Source of the DNA: Octopus vulgaris
Taxonomy: Eukaryota
DNA: 64,000 nt
Direction of reading: 5' to 3'
NCBI GenBank assembly: GCA_951406725.2
Contig: OX597828.1
Coordinates: 46,190,001-46,254,000 of the forward strand
Position 1 is the first letter of the stretch. Every line of letters starts with the position of its first letter. Of the stretch, positions 57,579 through 64,000 are shown piece after piece. The translations under genes were made by a program, and so were the position numbers. Below the pieces are notes generated by a model. It was not told the origin of the DNA. It saw only the letters and a program-made list of their open reading frames with translations, and made no database searches.

Positions 57579-58199
57579 TTACAAATTTTACTATGTTCTA
57601 CTGCCAACTGTAATGAGTATTCAGATTTTTACGCTGCAAAACGTATTCAGCCAATGAAGCTGATTGGACCAGTAAAGTCAAGGGTTTAAAAAAGGGAGCA
57701 CATGCGTATAAAAATGCCCTGCGAAATGTTGCTTGATTTACTATATGTTACCTGGTATATGTAAGCGTAATTCTTCTACATCTGTACACCATGTATTTCT
57801 AAGACAATAACCATTTATTAAGCAATCATTGATAATTATAGAATTACATGTTTTTTGGCTTAATGTTGCTTAGGATCTACCATAAAATTAATATTGAAAA
57901 TAGTAATCGTAATGTTTGTGTTGGAAAATAAATTAACATATATTTTACGTATTGCAAACATTGTGATAGAATTCAGTATGCTGGGAAGAATGGTTATACT
58001 TGCTTTTTCCTTTTATCAGACTTTGAATCTGTCTCAGTTTCGCTCCAGCTGATACTAATACCCGACTTCCACATTGAAACTGCGCGGGAGTGAAATTCGG
58101 AGCCGATTAACGACTGTTCAAATAATAAGCACATTCAAAATACATGCGCGCTTAAGTACGTCCGCTCATGAAAATGTATACGTATATGCACATATACAT

Positions 58200-58279
<80 letters not shown>

Positions 58280-58327
58280 AAACAAGTAAAAATAGAAAAT
58301 GCTAAAATAATTTTATAGTGAACATTT

Positions 58328-58365
58328 CAGTACCGGTTTCGGTCATTTTGAGACCTTTTCAACTG
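58328..58365 (-). ncRNA. minimal type I hammerhead, U3:A8 compensatory core variant
   Basis: Minus strand cag-TTGAAAA-ggtc-tcaaaat-gacc-GAAAC-cg-GTA-ctg; sense to the GIY-YIG ORF. Confidence 0.78.
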
Positions 58366-59080
58366 TAACGATTAAATAATTAAATTTAGAAAAATTAGAA
58401 GAAAAGTTTTTTTAAAAGAATATTTCTATAGTAGTGTTCAGATTTAAGTGGCATTCTGCCTTTCTCTGACTCCCTTGTTTGCACTTGTGTGTTCGAGGTA
58501 GTTGTGAGTTCTTGGTAGGGTAGTAGAGGGAAGGCTGGTGAGGAAAGGGGGTGGGAGAATCTGGGAGTGCCCTGATGGTCGTATTTTGAATGGTCAGTGG
58601 CGGCTGGCAGTCTCAGTTCAATTCAGGAGAATATTTATATTGACAGTCTTGTTTATAGAATTAGCGTAGGTGTTATACTAAAAAACATTAGTGACAAACT
58701 TAAGGGGTAGGGGGTGGAGAAGAAGAAGAAGAAGAAGAAGAAGAAGAAGGAGAAGGAGAAGGAGAAGATGATGGTGATGGTGGTGATGATTATGACGACG
58801 ATGATGATGATAACGATGATGATGATGAAGAAGAAGAAGAAGAAGGAGGAGAAGGAGAAGATGGTGGTGATGATGGTGGCGATGATGATGACGCCGATGA
58901 TGATGATAACGATGATGATGAAGAAGAAGAGGAAGAAGAAGGAGAAGAAAAAACAGAGAAGGGAGAATATGAATGGGTGTAAATATAGCTATGAAGGGGC
59001 TGATTAGTAATGAATTCTATGGAGTGTAGTATTTGTGTGTGTATATATATTTTTTTCTTTTATTCTAAAGTTGAGGTATA

Positions 59081-59520
59081 TTAATTGTTTGTCGTAGACC
59101 CGTTAAGAAGTGGCTTGTATTTTGTAATAAAGAGATTTTCTTTACTTATTCTTTGTCTCGAGGTTGTATCGTCCCTAAATTGGTAGAGGGGGAAAATTCT
59201 GAAGTTTGGTGTTTTTTTGTTGGCGCAAGTATCTATGTGCTGGCTAAAAGCTATTTTTCTGTTTTGGGGAATTTTTATCTGGGATCTGTGCAGGGCCATT
59301 CGTTTACGCAAACCATTTTTTGTTTGGCCTATGTACTGCTCTTGACACCCGGAGCAGGTTAGTGAGTATATTAGGTTCTCCGAAGCACATGTGAAGTTGC
59401 TTTTCACTGTAAACCGTTGTCCCTGTTTGAAGGAGAACTCAGAACCCTCGATTAGATAGTCGCATATCCCGCAATTGGGTCTTCCACATTTTTTTACTGT
59501 CGGCTTCTGTGTTGAAGCTT
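59081..59520 (-). CDS. Penelope-like GIY-YIG endonuclease C-terminal domain (truncated ORF; listed N-terminal ~20 aa derive from the inverted arm)
   Basis: CGRPNCGIC linker zinc motif, NLIYSLTCSGC..YIGQT..LRKRMALH..HIDTC..KE..I..Y.P.LN; no internal stops. Confidence 0.9.
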
Positions 59521-59802
59521 CTGTCAATATAAATATTCTCCTGAATTGAACTGAGACTGCCAGCCGCCACTGACCATTCAAAATACGACCATCAGGGCAC
59601 TCCCAGATTCTCCCACCCCCCTTTCCTCACCAGCCTTCCCTCTACTACCCTACCAAGAACTCACAACTACCTCGAACACACAAGTGCAAACAAGGGAGTC
59701 AGAGAAAGGCAGAATGCCACTTAAATCTGAACACTACTATAGAAATATTCTTTTAAAAAAACTTTTCTTCTAATTTTTCTAAATTTAATTATTTAATCGT
59801 TA

Positions 59803-59840
59803 CAGTTGAAAAGGTGTCAAAATGACCGAAACCGGTACTG
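59803..59840 (+). ncRNA. second copy of the same hammerhead in the inverted arm
   Basis: cag-TTGAAAA-ggtg-tcaaaat-gacc-GAAAC-cg-GTA-ctg (one stem II substitution). Confidence 0.72.
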
Positions 59841-59927
59841 AAATGTTCACTATAAAATTATTTTAGCATTTTCTATTTTTTACTTGTTTTTTCATATATA
59901 TCAACTCGTGTGTTCCTTTTCACCCTT

Positions 59928-59976
<49 letters not shown>

Positions 59977-59978
59977 TA

Positions 59979-60139
59979 GGCACAGCAGTGGCTGTATGGT
60001 AAGAAGCTTTCTTCCCAACCACATGGCCCCGGGTTCAGTCCCATTCCTGGCACCTTGGCCAAATGTCTTCTACTATACCCTCTGGCCGACGAAGGCCTTG
60101 TGAGTGGATATGGTAGACGGAAACTGAAAGAATCCCGTC

Positions 60140-60141
<2 letters not shown>
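59979..60141 (+). mobile_element. SINE family B 5' half
   Basis: Homology to 41312-41475; its internal (TA)n is followed by the 60183-60816 element. Confidence 0.85.
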
Positions 60142-60175
<34 letters not shown>

Positions 60176-60182
60176 ATAATAA

Positions 60183-60816
60183 TAGTGAGTTGAATGGCCT
60201 ATCAAGGCCATTCCTTAATATTATTGTTGAATGTATATTATATAGTCTGTTGACTATTTTTTCTTTCTCACTTGGCCGCTGGTGGCGTAAAAATTTCCCT
60301 TGAATTTTTTGCTACCCTGATATTGATTAATTAATGATTTTTTGTCTAATTCTGAAATTAAATCAGCAGTTTATATTTGCTGTTGATAAGTTGGCGCGAT
60401 GATGGTAGATTTTGAAAATTTAGAGTATATATTCCCGAGGCATCGAGGCTGTTGCCTCATGGAATATATATTCCCCCCGGCTTCTTTGCCGATGAGACGG
60501 GCCAGTAGTAAATTGATTTAATTAAATTTAATTTAATTTAATTAGGCTGGTTTGCCAAAAAGTCCGTCGAAACTATGCATAGTCCAAAGATGATAAGGGT
60601 AAATGTTTTAAATTTTCCTTTGATTTCTGAATTACTACTATTTAGCGGTTTGAGTTCGGCTGCTCGCTTTAGTGAGTTGAATGGCCTATCAAGGCCATTC
60701 CTTAATATTATTGTTGAATGTACATTATATAGTCTGTTGACTATTTTTTCTTTCTCACTAGACGGCTGGTGGCGAAAAAATTTCTCTTGAATTTTTTGCT
60801 ACCCTGATATTGATTA
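60183..60816 (+). mobile_element. non-coding retrozyme-like/pLTR element: 487-bp unit plus 147-bp terminal redundancy
   Basis: Direct repeats 60183-60329 and 60670-60816; central hammerhead; TA-rich microsatellite on both sides. Confidence 0.8.
60484..60589 (+). ncRNA. type I hammerhead ribozyme motif (CCGAUGA variant) with long loop II
   Basis: ctttg-CCGATGA-gacgggc..59 nt..gtccgtc-GAAAC-tatgcata-GTC-caaag; 5-bp stem I, 7-bp stem II, palindromic stem III. Confidence 0.82.
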
Positions 60817-60840
60817 TATATATATATATGTTTGTGTGTG

Positions 60841-60918
<78 letters not shown>

Positions 60919-61366
60919 ATAAACATTTGCATACTTGAGCACGCGCATGTGTGTGGTGCATGGATTCTTGCAGATCCGTCTTTAAATATAGAGCAACAAG
61001 ATACATTTACGTTCTCTCTTTCCGTTTCTTTGTATGTGTGCATACAAACTCACATAAACAGTTATATGTACACTCACAAACACACACACACACACACCCA
61101 CACACACACATGTATGAAATTTCATAAAATTAGAAATAAACACACAGACAATTGTTACACTGATTTACAAAAACAGTAAAAAAAAAATACTTTTTCATAG
61201 TAATACAACATGGCAACCAACCGTGATTCCTACAATGGCAATTTTCAATCTTGAAAATTTAAATATAAAATACTATATTTCCCATGTGCTAAGTTTTTAA
61301 AATTTTTGTTGGCGATCAAATTTCAATAATCGGTTCTTATGATAAAAGCATATGTATATATGCATG

Positions 61367-61467
<101 letters not shown>

Positions 61468-61937
61468 ATCTATCTATCTTTCTTTCTTTCTTTCACTCTA
61501 TCAGTATGTATACATGTGAGTGTGTGCGTATGTGTGTGTGTGTGTGTATGTATGTGTGTGTGTATATATACATTAATGTATACATTACTAAATAAATGAC
61601 AACAGAAAATAGGTTGCGCAAGCACGTTCTTTATCCCACAGCTGTTTCTGCTATTAGGAATCGTGCACTCAGTATTCAGTGCCAGAACGATATCTTGGAG
61701 CTTCCTCAGAGCCATTTCAATGAAGTTTTTTTTATCTTTCATTACCTAGTACTATAAAATATATACTACTGCTCATATAGATTCCCATAAAATATAATGC
61801 ACTGAGATATGAGAGCAAATAACCGGGAGACAATTACAGGAGTGAAATTGACACAGACACACCTAGATATACACACGATCAAACACATACAGACATACAA
61901 AAAATGCATTCGTACGTACGGATATAAAGATATCTGT

Positions 61938-61991
<54 letters not shown>

Positions 61992-62077
61992 ACGCATATA
62001 CCCAGTACCAGTTAGATAGATGATCTCATCACCTTTTCTTCCGGACCGTTATGGATTCTCTAGTTAAATGACAGTTG

Positions 62078-62231
<154 letters not shown>

Positions 62232-62235
62232 CAGT

Positions 62236-62313
<78 letters not shown>

Positions 62314-62912
62314 TGTGGACTGTGTATATGTATATGTGTCTCTGGGTGTATGTGCGTGAGATTTTGTTTATTGTTTCTTCTTTTGTTTAGCGCCAGGTTA
62401 ACCTTGTATCAGAGATCAGTGATATTTGATAATCCTGTAGACATTTAAGGGAAAACTAAACTAAATTTAGAACGATAGTACACAATATTGTGTTCAAGGC
62501 ACTAGTACACCGCAGATATTTTCGAACATGGGGCAGTTTTCTTACTTGAAACCTGCCCAGAAGCCGGATATACTTCTAGTGAAAATGTCATGCAGTCATA
62601 TTTGTTTCGGAAAACTTATTTTAAATATTGCTAAATATTGTTGGCAGATGTTATACTAATACCTAGTTACAACTAAACTGTTACTGCTTGCAAATGGTTG
62701 TTTAGAATACTGTTACACTTCGAAGTGCATTTTTAAAGACATACGCTTTTTAAAAAATCTAAAGCAGTATCTTTGTAATCTAATATATAAAATGAATTTT
62801 AATAATCTCAATATCCCAAAATATTTATGTTCTATTTACTTATCAAAGACGGTGTATTTATTCTGTTGATGTCAACCGAATTATCTTAATCAACATTCTA
62901 CGTACATTGTAT

Positions 62913-63257
62913 GCTGAGACCCCCTTCGGCCATGCCTGACCATGGGATTGCACCTAGAAAGTTACCCTCCCAGGCACAAGTCCGGGCAAGATTGCTTATG
63001 GAAGACCAGCAGTCGCCCATGCATACCAACCTCCCCACTCCACGCCACGCCACCGCTGTTACCCAAGGGAAATGCAAGGTCCTATACGACTTGGCACCTT
63101 TGACGTCGCAACTCATTTCTACAGCTGAGTGAACAGCAGCAACGTGAAATAAAGTGACTTGCTCAAGAACACTACACGTAGCCCGGTCCAGGATTCGAAC
63201 TCGCAACCTCACGATCGTAAGCTCGATCCTCTAACCACTGAGCCATGCGCCTTCACA
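62913..63257 (-). mobile_element. SINE family D, full length with 10-bp TSD
   Basis: TSD TACATTGTAT at 62903-62912 and 63258-63267; tRNA-like head TGGCTCAGTGG..GAGTTCGAATCC. Confidence 0.9.
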
Positions 63258-63888
63258 TACATTGTATATTTAGTGTTTTAATACAAACCTCTACCCTCGT
63301 ATTCTCAATTGATGGTGAATATGTTCTGTAAAATTATATTATTTATTTAACACCCCACATTCAACAGTTAAAATACTACACGCAAAAAGAATGGAATTCA
63401 ACTCGACTTATTTCGGTAGTTAATGATATATTGAGTTGTCGAATGTCTTTCTCCCCGTACGTTATTTATGTTTCTTAATCTATGTTGATACTTAAGAGTG
63501 TACTTAACAATAACCGTTGTTACTTCTAAGTATCGCTGTATTCTATTTACAACACACACGAGTCTGTTCTTCACATGTATCTCACACTTACATTTCACGA
63601 ACCAATACGAAAGTCTCTTCATGATTCTTCACCCTAGAGTAGATATGGCAACGCCTTTCCTATAATTTCAAAACGTAAGAATACATTTTAAAAAAAGTAA
63701 CCCTAAACACGTCGCTTAATTAAAAGCCAAAATAGTCACTCGCATAAAGTCTTTGGACATAGGACTTACTAGCTTGTTTTGGCTTTGGGTTTAAAAACAT
63801 AAATTTTTCTTTTCCAGTTTCTAGACGATGTCACTAGAGTTTAGTTATGTAATCCTGGTTGCCTAGATAGAGCAGGCATAGGGGTTTA

Positions 63889-63915
63889 GCAGTAGCAGAA
63901 GCAACAGCAGCAACT

Positions 63916-63971
<56 letters not shown>

Positions 63972-64000
63972 GGTGGTGGTGGTGGTGGTGGTGGTGGTGG
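63889..64000. repeat. (CAG)/(TAG)n/(TGG)n trinucleotide microsatellite running off the window
   Basis: Direct reading. Confidence 0.95.

Larger units (their letters stand above)
58276..59930 (-). mobile_element. 5'-truncated Penelope-like element (probably Neptune group) with inverted terminal copy, inserted in (TA)n
   Basis: GIY-YIG fragment, 3' UTR and pLTR hammerhead; 58276-58646 is a near-perfect inverted repeat of 59521-59893. Confidence 0.92.

Overview
AT-rich eukaryotic non-genic DNA that is dense in microsatellites. The repeat complement suggests an octopus (coleoid cephalopod) genome; this is inferred from the SINE/LINE families, not proven. No host protein-coding gene, rRNA, true tRNA or CRISPR array is supported, and nearly all listed ORFs are translations of (TA)n, (CA)n, (AAT)n, (GAT)n or (TAGA)n tracts. 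The window contains: (i) at least four tRNA-headed SINE families, including head/tail chimeras; (ii) stacked 3' fragments of R4/Dong-type RLE non-LTR retrotransposons in (AAT)n; (iii) decayed mariner, hAT-like, CR1-like and Helitron pieces; (iv) one 5'-truncated, 5'-inverted Penelope-like element with a GIY-YIG endonuclease. The main unannotated signal is roughly 15 type I hammerhead-ribozyme motifs from several unrelated sequence families, in short non-coding elements embedded in (TA)n. They include a fixed-end ~200-bp family, a 487-bp unit with 147-bp terminal redundancy (retrozyme/circular-RNA-like), long stem-II variants and family-specific palindromic stem III sequences. All structures were read by eye; activity is untested.
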